A stretch of 63,763 nt of DNA, filler included, from Octopus bimaculoides (taxonomy: Eukaryota), in NCBI RefSeq assembly GCF_001194135.2. It is 5 parts of 5 records of this genome, joined end to end, with 100 filler letters (N's around TTAATTAATTAA, not from the genome) between each part and the next. Parts side by side here need not be neighbours in the genome. Positions count along the whole stretch, not along the records: positions 1 to 15,757 come from NC_068983.1; 4 more parts are not named here. One strand, 5' to 3'. The position numbers were made by a program, and so were the translations under genes. The notes beneath the pieces are model-generated. The model made no database searches and had not been told where the DNA came from. It worked only from the letters and a program-made list of their open reading frames with translations. Shown here one piece after another: positions 1-13,820 of the stretch (the first letter of the stretch is position 1; every line of letters starts with the position of its first letter).

Positions 1-2094
1 TGTATGTATGTATGTGAATTGTGTGCGTGTGCATTTGTGAAAGATTATTATTAATGTAGTCGTTTTACATCATAAAATAAATGAAATAGGATGGAAGACT
101 ATTTGTATTCATCATAACTTATATTATTGTAGACATAGATATACACATGTATTCGGAATGGGTGCAGTGTGTTTGCAAACACTAACACACGAGCACACAT
201 TTACGCACAAGGGTGGACATTTGCATGCAGACACACGTAGTAAAACACACACACACACACATACACACACACACACGAAACACTCAAAGATATGTATACG
301 CCGAGTGCGTGTGCGCACACATACACACACACGCGCACGCAAAATCATTTCATAGAAATTTATAAATTTAAATTGCCTGTACGATTCTAAATAGAAACAC
401 CTGTCCATGTGTATGTATGTAAGAGTCTGTGTGAGCGTCTGTGTATATGTGTGTGTAGGTGAGTATGTGTGCATGTACGCACATATATACGTTTGCACTC
501 AGTCTTTTATATACCTATTTCTATATGTATAAGTACAAACACACATGTCTACATATTTACATATTTATACATATACACTTGAACGCACATACACACACAC
601 ACACATATATNNNNNNNNNNNNNNNNNNNNNNNNNNNNNNNNNNNNNNNNNNNNNNNNNNNNNNNNNNNNNNNNNNNNNNNNNNNNNNNNNNNNNNNNNN
701 NNNNNNNNNNNNNNNNNNNNNNNNNNNNNNNNNNNNNNNNNNNNNNNNNNNNNNNNNNNNNNNNNNNNNNNNNNNNNNNNNNNNNNNNNNNNNNNNNNNN
801 NNNNNNNNNNNNNNNNNNNNNNNNNNNNNNNNNNNNNNNNNNNNNNNNNNNNNNNNNNNNNNNNNNNNNNNNNNNNNNNNNNNNNNNNNNNNNNNNNNNN
901 NNNNNNNNNNNNNNNNNNNNNNNNNNNNNNNNNNNNNNNNNNNNNNNNNNNNNNNNNNNNNNNNNNNNNNNNNNNNNNNNNNNNNNNNNNNNNNNNNNNN
1001 NNNNNNNNNNNNNNNNNNNNNNNNNNNNNNNNNNNNNNNNNNNNNNNNNNNNNNNNNNNNNNNNNNNNNNNNNNNNNNNNNNNNNNNNNNNNNNNNNNNN
1101 NNNNNNNNNNNNNNNNNNATATATATATATATATATATATACGTGAGCTCGTGTGTGTATCTATATAGTCAAATATATATTTTTTATCAAGGTTATAAAG
1201 TCTGTATGATTCAACACGTTTATTTGTACACGCATGATCTAAACCTACCTACAAATACACACACATAGATATGTGTGTGTGTGCTGCCTGTGTGTATGTG
1301 TGTATCTATGTAAGTACGCATACATACTCATACGTATACAGTCTGACATATATGAACGTATGTACGTTTATGAGCGTCAGTGCGTATGTAGGCAGTTTGG
1401 CGTCTGAGAAAGCTAATATGTACTTTTTGGGAGACAGTGGAGAAGAGAGAGCAAGGGAGAGAGAAAGGGGATAGAGAGAAAGTGAGATAGACAGAGAGAA
1501 AGAGACAGTCGGACAGACAGACATACATACACATAGACGGACGGACTAACAGAAAGACAGACAGAGAGACAGAGAAGGAATATGCGCACACACATACAGA
1601 GTATAACAATAATCGTATAAGTTTATTAATATAATAGGTAATATAATATATACTATATTTGCGGTTGTATGTGTGTGAGTGTGTCAATCAGTGTGTGTGT
1701 GCGCTCGCGGCGGGTGTATGAGCGTGTGCGTGTAGGTGCAAGTGTGTGTGTGTATGTGCGTTTATTTGTGTGTGTGTGTAAACAGGCACAGTTGATAGAG
1801 ACAGAAAGAGACATATGTAGACAAACAGGGAGTGAAGTGACAGACAGTAGTTGATGTAAAAGGGGAGGTTGAATGTGTTTTCTACAGTAGCAGCGTACCA
1901 CGTAATTTGTTTGTTCCAGTCATATCCTGCGGCAATTTAGCACTTAAATAAATATTTTTCTGATGCAATTAACTGGTGTTTGTTAAATATAATCATTTAT
2001 ACACAGAAGTTTGTATACATACATACATACATGAATACATGCATGCATACATACATAGATGCATACATACATACATACATGCATACATGCATAC

Positions 2095-2132
<38 letters not shown>

Positions 2133-3001
2133 ATATATATATATAAGTACATATATATANNNNNNNNNNNNNNNNNNNNNNNNNNNNNNNNNNNNNNNNN
2201 NNNNNNNNNNNNNNNNNNNNNNNNNNNNNNNNNNNNNNNNNNNNNNNNNNNNNNNNNNNNNNNNNNNNNNNNNNNNNNNNNNNNNNNNNNNNNNNNNNNN
2301 NNNNNNNNNNNNNNNNNNNNNNNNNNNNNNNNNNNNNNNNNNNNNNNNNNNNNNNNNNNNNNNNNNNNNNNNNNNNNNNNNNNNNNNNNNNNNNNNNNNN
2401 NNNNNNNNNNNNNNNNNNNNNNNNNNNNNNNNNNNNNNNNNNNNNNNNNNNNNNNNNNNNNNNNNNNNNNNNNNNNNNNNNNNNNNNNNNNNNNNNNNNN
2501 NNNNNNNNNNNNNNNNNNNNNNNNNNNNNNNNNNNNNNNNNNNNNNNNNNNNNNNNNNNNNNNNNNNNNNNNNNNNNNNNNNNNNNNNNNNNNNNNNNNN
2601 NNNNNNNNNNNNNNNNNNNNNNNNNNNNNNNNNNNNNNNNNNNNNNNNNNNNNNNNNNNNNNNNNNNNNNNNNNNNNNNNNNNNNNNNNNNNNNNNNNNN
2701 NNNNNNNNNNNNNNNNNNNNNNNNNNNNNNNNNNNNNNNNNNNNNNNNNNNNNNNNNNNNNNNNNNNNNNNNNNNNNNNNNNNNNNNNNNNNNNNNNNNN
2801 NNNNNNNNNNNNNNNNNNNNNNNNNNNNNNNNNNNNNNNNNNNNNNNNNNNNNNNNNNNNNNNNNNNNNNNNNNNNNNNNNNNNNNNNNNNNNNNNNNNN
2901 NNNNNNNNNNNNNNNAGGCTTTTTTTTTTTAAAGGTACATGAAAGTAAGTACCTTCTCTCTTTTTGTCTCTTTTTGTTACAAGTCTATGCTTAAAATGGT
3001 G

Positions 3002-3063
<62 letters not shown>

Positions 3064-4198
3064 TATAGATAGATAGATAGATAGATATAGATATATAGAT
3101 GTATTTATATATATATGTTCATATATATTATTGCATGAGAACGTGTGTACTAGACTTTCAGACTTATTACTACAGGTACAGATATTGGTTCCGATACATA
3201 TTCAACTATTAATGCGAAAGGATATAATTGCACAAATACATTTGCTTTTTGATATGGGTGTATATGTTTCTATATAAAGGAAATTATATAAACCCATGTG
3301 CGTGTGTGCGATTGTGTAAGTGATTAACCGTGTGTCTGGAAGTATATGCACATACAAGTTCTCCAATATATATTTATGCATTTCATAATGTTTCTTCCCT
3401 ACTTGTCCAATGAAACACTTTGGTTTTATATTTTCGTTGTGGTATCTGGGATATTTATACGTATTTCTTGACATTGGCTACAGTGGCAAATATATCGTGA
3501 TATCATGTATCATTATGTCACACTGCTTAATGCTATTATATATATATATATGAAGAAGAAGTGCCTGTGTGAATATTTGAATGAATGCGTGTCTGTTTAA
3601 CCAAAACGAATCATCAGGGAACACATTACTTCTCCGTAACTTAAGGCAATAATATTCCCTGGTGATCTGTTTTGTATGTATGTATAAGAGCAATAATTAT
3701 AACGATAGAGAATAAGGAAACTAGTACATTTTCAAATTATATCGCTTTACAATGTCATACACCATATTTTTATGGTTATAAAGTCCTACGTGTGGTCCAA
3801 CAGCACAGAATATGAACAGTTGCATCTGCAGCCGGGCATAATTTTCAGTACAGCTTCGTTCATGATCGTTCACCCAGCTTGGTTCTGTGCAGTTGAAACA
3901 CGTGTGGCACTACGTAACCATAAAAATATGCTGTATGATATTGTAAAGTAAAAGAAAATAATATTCTCTGTCGTCATAATTTTTGTAAATACACACTACA
4001 GATAGCATTACCATCCAGTGGAGTCGAACATACAATTACCCATCGGAAGAATTTACCACGTGATTTACAGCGTGGTCGACAGCTCCTAGCAGTCATAGAC
4101 ATTAAATAGTAATCGATGCATTCAGCCGTAACCTGCAGCATAGCTTAAAGCTAAAAGCGATTCACCCGCATAAAATATCCCTCTAAACACACCTCTCC

Positions 4199-4234
<36 letters not shown>

Positions 4235-4252
4235 NNNNNNNNNNNNNNNNNN

Positions 4253-4307
<55 letters not shown>

Positions 4308-7300
4308 TTATATATCGATCGTTAAAGGCATGAAACTAGGTTTTAGCATTTTTCAGTCGATAAGTGACGAAATATTAGGGTTCTGGTGTCTGTCCTACGT
4401 GTACGCATTGTGGTATTTAATGCCCCACTGGAAAATATTTATCGTTCTGTTATCTATTTTCTCCGAAATATCAGAACTGCAGCTATTTGAAGGATCGCAA
4501 TAAACTAAAGTCGTTCTGCTCTATACAGGATCAGTTTTGTCACTTGATAATGTCTACAGAGGCAGAAAATTTCGAAAGCATGAGGCCAACAATTAAGAAA
4601 TAAAGAAGGACACCCGGCTACATGTGTTATTATAACGACATAAAACCTGCGAGCCCGTGACACCGTTCTCAGCAAAAGGGGTAACATTTGATAAATTACC
4701 AAATAATATGCCAACAAATTCCGTTTTTGTCTTTTGTATCACTTATAGCAAATTTAGTCATAATAATTGTGGAAGATCTTTCTCAAAACAGTTTACAATA
4801 TTAGCGACATAAAGTGTTTGAAATCTGTCAATATCTCTTTGATTACCGTAGTGACTATGGTGATATCTCTTGGGAACAGGTTCCTGTGCATACCATCAAC
4901 AGCTAATAAATGTAGAATTTCATTGATGCGCAATTCAAGCCAGGAAGAGACAGTAGTACAGAATGATGCTAAATGGCGGTGAAGTAATTTTGTTTGTATT
5001 TGATAAAGAATTGCTTCTAGCGGAAGATGTTAGCTGTCAGATTGTAATACATGTGTAACGATTTTAGAATGTAATGACAGGGATAAATTGTATGACTTCG
5101 AACTTTCGTTAACAATTCGTGAAAGCAAAATAGTCATATTATAAACTATTATAAAATGTAGCATCTGACAGTTTTGTATTTCAGTAATCCATATCTGTAG
5201 TAAAAACAAAATTCTTAAAAGAAACTGGTTTGTTCTTATTAAAGAATAACTTAAGTCATAATTGAAAGGAAATTTACTACTGTTAGATATTTAACCACAG
5301 TAATACCAACAACAAGAGTAGTTCTCGGAAATGAAGTTTCACATATTTCAAACAGACATTTGTTTAGACGAAACACTGCTGTAGAAATTGAGTTGTGCAT
5401 TCAGACCCGAAGTGTTTTCCTACGAATCATTAACTCTGAAATGCATTCCGGTGATTATTTTGTAACCTAACTTAGAATTATCAATAAGGAAATTTGTGAG
5501 TTCAAATGCTACTGCCTTCAGTTTTCCAACCTTCTTAGAATTAACGAACGACTAGCTTTCGTAAATGACGCATCAACATTCACCGATTTACAAGATTACA
5601 ATGACGAAAGTACATTTTCAAGCATCTCTTGAATATTGAATCATGAATTTTCGAGAATAATCTTTCAAAAATTCTATAAAGACCAGAAATGTTACTTTAT
5701 AATAAATTTAGTGGAACTGAAGTTTGAACATCTGCCAGCGAATTTGTGTCTGTGAAATCTTATGGTTAATACGGCACTCATCAAAAAAAAAAAAAGACCA
5801 TTAATATTGGATCATAATGCCTTTGAACTGTTTCGCTAATACAGTGTAGATATGTGCCCAATTATCATTAGGATGTATCAAAAAACATCTTTTCAAATAA
5901 ATGAAAGTAAAATAACGAATCTGCGGTAACCATTGTATTTCCTTGTATTTTTATTTCTGGTAAAAATCATGCCTTATTCTATCCTAAAATATTGTTTACT
6001 AACAAAGCAGAAAGAATTTAAAATAAGTCTCAATGTGACTTTAGCTAAATCAGAGAGTTCATTATTATATATTATTTAATACACTTCTATATTTAAGAGA
6101 TGAGGAATTATGTACATTATTTACATTATTTATATTTGACGGATATTTGTCCTCATGTTGTTAACAACAAAGAAGATGAGAACAAATATCAATCAAATGT
6201 AAATAATGTAAATAATGTATATATATTATTTGTTAAACACTTCGAGACGGGGACAGACAATGTATGGAAGAGAAAGAATTAAGGTGTTCTGTTTTTGTTT
6301 TTTGCTAATGTTTTTCCTAAGTTAGTCGAAAAGTACTAAAGAATACTAAGTTCTTGATATCGTGCAAAATAATTATTTCCTTTCAGATATTTATCAAAAC
6401 TGCAGTTATCACATTTGAAAAATTATTTCAGTCTCACGGAGTCAATAATAGTGCTAACAAGTGTAATCACTTTGTCATTCTAGTTTGCACATCCTTCCTT
6501 GATTAAGTTTGATAACAATTATGAAGGCTAAGACAGGGGAGTCAGAATTTAATTACCCATTCGCTAAAAACTGAGTGCAAAAACATAAAATAAGGCAATA
6601 TATATATATTTGAAATATTTCTTGCTGATAGTTTACTTTAGCAGATATGACAATATCTTGTGAAGAAAACCAATTAATTGCTTAAATATTTCTCCAAGCT
6701 GATAGGCATTTGATCTCATCATAATCGCATATAAGATAGAATAATCCAATATATAACTAATGAAAAGTAACCAAATCCATCCTACCTGCCGATATTCTTC
6801 CAACAAATCCTAATAATCTGAGCATTAGAATTAATCTAAATACCTCTCTGGTTGACGATATCATAGGTTATCCAAAGCACGTAATAGCCTTTGTTAGTTG
6901 CACCATAAATTCCGGAACGAAAGACTACTTACTCCAGAAATATGGGTATTGAACTTTAGCCTTTCCTACCTTAGTTTATGCGTCTGAGAATTGGACTTCT
7001 CTTAGCTCCCATTTATAACTGATACTCTACGCACACATTACCAGCGCAACATATATAGATAGACATACAGGGTAGGACAGAGCCTGTAATGTTGATCTGT
7101 TTAAGAATTATGATATTTCAGGCATTCAAGTTTTATTTCCTAGTTTCAATTTGGATTCATATAATTTATATGATTTATATGCTCTAGTGTGATAGACTTT
7201 CTTGGGCAGGTGGTTTTCAGATTCTTACTCTCATTAGAGTCCTGATTACTTTTGGGGCTTTGCTAGAAATTTTCACTTAAAACATGGAACCTATTAGGTG

Positions 7301-8532
7301 ATAAAAAATGTTCTGAATGTTCATGTTATAAGTCATAATCTTTAGTCATCTTTCTAGGAGTAATCCGCTTCTGGATGTGTGATAGAAAGTGAGTGACTTC
7401 TGTAGCATTACTTTCAGGAAAGAAACAAAGTTATTGTGTACGAGGCAAAAGCTTAAATGCATTTTTGACTGATGAAATAAAAACTTCCATGGAGTGTTTC
7501 CAATGACCAGTTCAAATGCGTACGCCAGGGCAAAAGGACCTCAATTATATGCGCCAACTTGTGGATGAGTAATATGAACTTGTTGAACTGTAGGAATTGT
7601 TTAATTGCAGTAAGTACAGCATTATTATAGGTGCTATTAGTTCTGTTGGTACTAGTAATTTAAAACTGTGATAAATAAAAACATATCCGAGAAAACTGGT
7701 CGACAAAACAAACCGGTTATTCCTGGTGAGATAAATGAACATGTGTGATGTAGACTGCATGTTAGAAATTTTATGTGACAAAAAATGGTTGGTTGTATAG
7801 GAATTTCAAAAAAAATTTCCGCTATGTCCCGAAGGTAAAAACGACTTCGCATATTTCAAAGGAAATGTTCTCAATCAAAATGTTCCCTCACAGGAATGAG
7901 AAATCAGCTTTTTCAGCTTCTTTTCTTTCATTTTTTTTTCTTTTGTCTTCAGGGCCGAAATTTCCATTTTTTTGTTTTTAAAGTTCATTAAACTATTACA
8001 GAAATAGTTCAACCGATTTTTAGACGAGCATATCTGTTCGTGGACACTCAAAATCTCCTTAATGTCTGCACTAAGCAATAGTAATTTTGAGCGACAGAGT
8101 TCAATAATGCCTTACATTATTAATAATAAACGTTGTTGTTCAGGAGCATCCGGTGGTGCAGATATATCTCATCGGATGATAATTAAATACAAATCGGTAA
8201 AATGTAACATTCTGTTATGTAACTTTCCGCAATGTAACTTTCCATTTTGTAGAGAGAAAAGCAGCCAGATGAAGGAAATATCTTCGTTTATATAGAAGAT
8301 CAAAGACAATATCACAGAGGACAAAAAGAGAAGCGAACACGTGCTCCATATATGTATATATATTTATATATATATATAAACAAATAGTAAATGAGTATAT
8401 GCATATATATGTACAGGTATGTGCATACCGACATCCACCATACATACATGTATAGGTGCATATCTGAGTACAGGACATTGCAAACAAAACAGAGACGAGA
8501 AAACACACAAGCCACATAGAGAACATTCTACT

Positions 8533-8604
8533 TCATCAGCTACCCCCGTTTTAACACCGGCGTTTCGAAGAGCTGGGCAGGACGCATCGTTAAAACGGCT
8601 CTTC
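8533..8604 (-). ncRNA. Candidate non-circularly permuted (rearranged) hammerhead ribozyme, intact core
   Basis: Minus strand reads GAAGAGC-CGTTTTAAC-gat-GCGT-C^-CTGCCC-a-GCTCTTC-GAAA-CGC-cggt-GTTAAAACG-g-GGGTAG-CTGATGA. Stem III is GCGU/ACGC with a GUC site. Stem I is CUGCCC/GGGUAG directly before CUGAUGA. Stem II is GAAGAGC/GCUCUUC directly before GAAA. There is an extra 9-bp helix. Folded by eye only. Confidence 0.7.
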
Positions 8605-9358
8605 CCATGGACCGCAAATTAAATTTGTATACACAAATTAAATCTTGCCATGGAGGAATGTAGTGGCGGACAAAAAACAAGACAGGAAAACAAACAGAAA
8701 AGGCTTTACGGCCAGACGAGAAAAATTATGTGTGTATGAACGCCGTGAGGCACGAACTTGAAAGTAGGGACGAAGTGGTTCGCGTGTTTGCTCGGCGATA
8801 GCCAAGGAAGAAAAGGATTATTGACCGGAAGCATGTGACCATGCCGGTGTAAGGGGAAGAGAGAGAGTGGTAAAGGGAGAAACAAAGGGAGGAAGTAGAA
8901 GAATAGGTGAGCAACGAGAGGAAAAGAGAAAGAGTGGAAGTACGAGGGGGAATATATTTATATATAGTGTGTGTGTCATTAAATTGAGCAGACCATAAGG
9001 ATCTCACCAAAAGTCATTCTCATCTGGTAAAATTTCCAAAAGAAAGACCTTCTTTTCGAAATACTATATAAAATATTCAATATAGCGGAGTCTATTTCGC
9101 CAAATGGAGAAGAAAGGATTGCGGGAAGTAGTACTGAATTCGAAATTGGCTTTCATACTCAGTCTCAAACAAACATGTAGTAGCAGCAGGATCAACAACA
9201 ATAACATCACAAACGACAATATCGACAAAATCATGAAAGAAAGAAGTGAAAATAACAACAAAAGTACCACCACCACCATCAGAAAAGCCAACCAAAGCAA
9301 AAAAAAATAAATTAACAAGAAAATAAAGAAACAGAAAAGAAAATTTTTACACACACAG

Positions 9359-9483
9359 GACGTGCAAATTCAACCACCATTAACGCCAGCATAATCGCTG
9401 AAAATGACAGAAATGACAAACATTTCGCATCTGCAGTGAAGCAAATACAAGGAAATATAAATTTTTCGATAGGCGATTTATGA
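9359..9483 (+). CDS. Possible terminal coding exon, unknown protein
   Basis: tttttacacacacag| is followed by 40 open, non-repetitive codons RANSTTINASIIAENDRNDKHFASAVKQIQGNINFSIGDL-stop. No homolog was recognised. Confidence 0.3.
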
Positions 9484-9685
9484 AACGCAAAATCCTTGTT
9501 AAAGAAAAATGGATGAAGCAGCAACAGTAGCAGCAGTTTCTTTGTTTGTCAGTGGACAGGATATCTAAAGAACCACTGCATGGATTCGGATGAATCTTTG
9601 AAGGATGTTTGACCTCGAGGCTGGCACAAACTGGTTAGATTCTAGGATCGATCCGGCTCTTTCGTCCAATAACAGAAATTGTTAT

Positions 9686-9693
9686 TATTATTA

Positions 9694-9777
<84 letters not shown>
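9686..9777. repeat. (ATT)n microsatellite
   Basis: Direct reading. Confidence 0.95.
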
Positions 9778-9778
<1 letters not shown>

Positions 9779-11364
9779 GTAGTTAGGCAAAATTCTTCAT
9801 GACAGTTCATCCGTCTTTACACCCTGATTTCAATTCCTCGTCTTTCATTTATTCCGGATCGATAATTTAAGTACCACTTGTATACTGGGGTTGATGCGGT
9901 CGGCTTGCAGCCTCCCCTGATCTTCCTGGCAATGTACAAACATTTGAAATTTGAATTACTACTACTACCACCACCACCACCACCACCACCATTGGCGTTG
10001 TTGCTGCTACTGCTCAAGTAAAGAGGCAGAGTAATTTGAGTACTGGAAAGTTACCAAACAGTAGTTTCCTATGGCTGTTCTGATTCTGAATTCAAATCTC
10101 GATAAAGTCAGCTTTGCTTTTCATCCCTCCAGGGTCAATAAAATACTAGCGAACTATTGGATACTATTCTTTATTGATGTTTATGTTGATGTGATAGTTA
10201 TTGTTGTCAGCTTCAGTTGATTACTTAAAATCCCATAGCATTCGACTTTGAATTTTACCAACTTTCTCCAGAATATTAATTAAAGTCTGTAGTTTGTACT
10301 AAAGTGCACTTCTACAAACTTCGTGTCAAAGTTTCAGTTTTAAAATCCTTACGATTGATTCATTTAATATTTACAAAATAGTATGTATTACAGTGTAATA
10401 TATTTTTGACAACATAGCAAAATGATGTCTGACTCTGATTATGTTTGTTTGTTTAGCTTGTTGGTTAGTTGACTTGTTTTGTTGGCGAGCTGGTTATTTA
10501 GATGGTTGTCTGGCTGGTTAGATGGTAAGTTGAATGGATTTTATATATCTTATTTTCATTGTATTGTAGTGATTGATGGTTTTTGCTAAAGCTGTATTTG
10601 TAGCAGGAGTCGTATGATAAATGGGTTTTTTTGTAAAGATCTTTTGACTATCAAGTGAATACTAGTAAGATGTATGAAACATGAAGAAGAATATATTGGA
10701 TAAGGAATGAATTAAATTCGAAGAAATGGGATAGCAATTACACTCACCTATATCTAAGCTTAATAACACATGCGCATACATATGCGCACACATGCGCGCA
10801 CACATGAATATGTATAAGTACGTACGTACTTATGTATGTATGTATGTATAATATGCACGAATTTGTTCATATATACTTATAGACAAGTATATTCTCAGAA
10901 GTTTAGTGAAAAAAATCGTCCACGATACTTATTTGTTATGTGTGAAACTTATTTTATCGTCTGATTTTGCAGAACCTTTAAGTTACGGATAGTTAAATAA
11001 ACCAACGGTTGTCAAGTACTGGAAGAAAGCGGGAAGATGAATACATTCATACATATCAAGTCACTCACACTGTATTGGTCGTGTCAGGAGATGTAACAAA
11101 AACATTTGCTCCACTTACGACGGAGAACAACTTAACGCGAAAGTAGGTACTCACAAACCAGCAGGCTATGCCTATATACGGTTTGACTGGCTGGCTGGGT
11201 ACAACTTCTTTCGTTTCGAGTGCAATAAGTTACTTATATTGAATGCATAAATTTATCATGATAAATAAAAGAGCATAATATTTTACAAGGCTAGATGACA
11301 CAAAATAGGTCCGGAAGAGGTTACGTATAGGACAGATGCATATTTTGCAGTTCTTGCTGCTTAC

Positions 11365-11388
11365 CAATATCACATATTCGTCTCACCT
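11365..11388 (-). CDS. Candidate 24-nt micro-exon
   Basis: attttatttcag|AGGTGAGACGAATATGTGATATTG|gtaagc. Both splice sites are near consensus. One frame is open (xVRRICDIx). Confidence 0.35.
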
Positions 11389-11659
11389 CTGAAATAAAAT
11401 CAAATCAGCTATTCCAAATATGTACAAGTAGTGTAAGTGTGTGCGTTTGTGTGCGGGTATGTATATGTATATAATATATTTAGAAAAAGCGGGATGACAA
11501 ATTTCTGTCGTAACAGCCTTCTTCTTGCAATCCAATCTTCGGATACACTGCTACACTCCTCTTATAAAATTTAAAGAAACATGTGCTCTGTAAAACAGGA
11601 TTGACTAAATACTCAGTTTAGCGTTAATTTATTTCTATCATAACTTGGTGAAAAATGAA

Positions 11660-11706
<47 letters not shown>

Positions 11707-12519
11707 ATATGTGTATATATGTGTGAGCATTTGTGTGCGTAGGAGTGTATGCATGTTTACCAACGTCGACTGAGTATATCTTTGGCTCGGTTATTACATA
11801 AACGTTTCTGTGATTCTCTTTCAGCTTCTTATCCACTTGTTCTTGAAAGATGCTACAGGATACTATAGCGTACAGACAGGATAGATTCGATTTTGACGTG
11901 AAATTTAATTAAAGTTATTCTTTTCTATAAGAATTAGAAGAATAGAAAGTATAAGACTGGAGTTATCTGAAATTCTGTAAGCGCGAATTTGTATTGTGAA
12001 AGAAACAATAGTTATTTCAGCAATGCTTTTGCCGCGTGTTCTCTCAAAAGAAAACACCTAATAACATGGAGATAAGGAATATATAAAAGAGCATGGTAGT
12101 TAGTATGGAACATCAAATAGATTGGTTTTAGAAGCTGCTTAAAAAGTAAACAAATAAAAGAAAAAATGCATAGATATGTATTTAGCCGTGTTGACAACGT
12201 TCTCTTTCTGGTTTACTATATCTATTCTTGTCAAGGCTGTTTTGTCCTTATTTTCGTTTTTGTTTTTTCTATTTAACTTGCATGTCATTTTAATTTCTTA
12301 ATCTTGTTCTTGTTTCCTTCATGTCTACTAATTTTTCTTCCTTGCTTCTTCCATTTTGTTTTCTACTTTTTCATTCTCTAATTGTCTATCTGTATCTTTG
12401 TCACTTGGATCTATTTTTTTATCTCTTACATATACCCTGTAATTGTTTTATTATTATTCAGCTACATTTTGTTTTCTCTTCGTTTTATTATTTCGGATTT
12501 ATTCTCCTCATCATGATCA

Positions 12520-12540
12520 TTAGCGTCGTCGTCGTCATCG

Positions 12541-12588
<48 letters not shown>

Positions 12589-12690
12589 CATTCCTCTTCT
12601 TCTTCTTCTTCTTCTTCTTCTTCTTCTTCTTCTTCTTCTTCTTCTTCTTCTTCTTCTTCTTCTTCTTCTTCTTCTTCGTCTTCTTCGCTT
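12520..12690. repeat. Compound (CGT)/(CAT)n-(CTT)n microsatellite
   Basis: Direct reading. Confidence 0.95.
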
Positions 12691-12805
12691 TCTATCTCTT
12701 CTATGCAGAGAAACGCATGTATGCAGAATTATTCAAATATATATAGAAATATATAATTGCATACACATTACATGTGTATATATATATATGTGTATATACA
12801 TGAGT

Positions 12806-12849
<44 letters not shown>

Positions 12850-13199
12850 AATCAGTATATAAAGGGTGGTTGCTAGAAAAGCGGAATATTTGTGAAATGC
12901 CGATTTATATTATCAACACGACGAAAACATACATATGTATATATTTTTATATACATACATATGTATATACATGCATATACAGTTTTTTTTTGCCTTTCTA
13001 GAGGAAAATTATACATATATATAATTTTCCGCTTTTCTCGCGACCACCCTGGTATCTTTGTTGTTTTCGTCACTGTTTACAATGTTGTTCCAATTGTTTT
13101 CAAATTTGGTATATGGATTAAGTTTTTATACTAATTATGAAAATAAAATTTATTTTTCATATAAATCCATATTTAAAAAGTTATTAGTGTTTAAAATTT

Positions 13200-13450
13200 G
13201 CAAAATTTGGGTATCTTAGCCCATCAGAAACAAATATATTGCACATTAGCGTGGCAAAATCTCTTTTTCCAGAGTAACCAAAGATACTGTGCATGTGCAC
13301 AAGGATGAGAAGGAGATAAGAGAAAGATAATGTTCTAATATAATAATACTTTTTCTCCGTCAAAGATATGAATGAGAAAGGATGGAGTGATAAATGAATA
13401 AGGAAGGAAGGGAGCCGTCATTTTGACGGCACGGGGTCAGCTAGTTTAGT
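13200..13450 (-). mobile_element. Helitron/Helentron-like non-autonomous end
   Basis: Minus strand begins actagctgaccccGTGCCGTCAaaaTGACGGCt, a CTAG-start plus short hairpin typical of DINE/HINE-like elements. Confidence 0.45.
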
Positions 13451-13783
13451 TTATAAAATCCTAGAGTGTATTACAACTTTCAACTTTCGTTCTTGAATTT
13501 TTCTAATAAATGTCTGTTTAAAACAATGTTTTGACTGTTATTTCTAACAATGTTTTAATATGCCGATGATGGAAGAGGCAGTGAACGCGCTGTTTTCTGA
13601 TTGGCTGAAAATTCAGAAAATTATCAAACTTTGAACACCTGTAACATTTTTGCTAAATTATTCTGGAATAAATGAATTAAAAATTCGGATACAGCGTCAA
13701 AAATTACATCCATAAGATATACTAAAATTGATTTTTAAAGATAATTGGAAGCAGTGACGAAAACCACAAAAATATCCACCCTG

Positions 13784-13820
<37 letters not shown>

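Noticed and set aside
13462-13785. Possible Tc1-type MITE ending caccctg-TA
   Set aside because: Only one convincing terminal repeat is present, so it could not be delimited.
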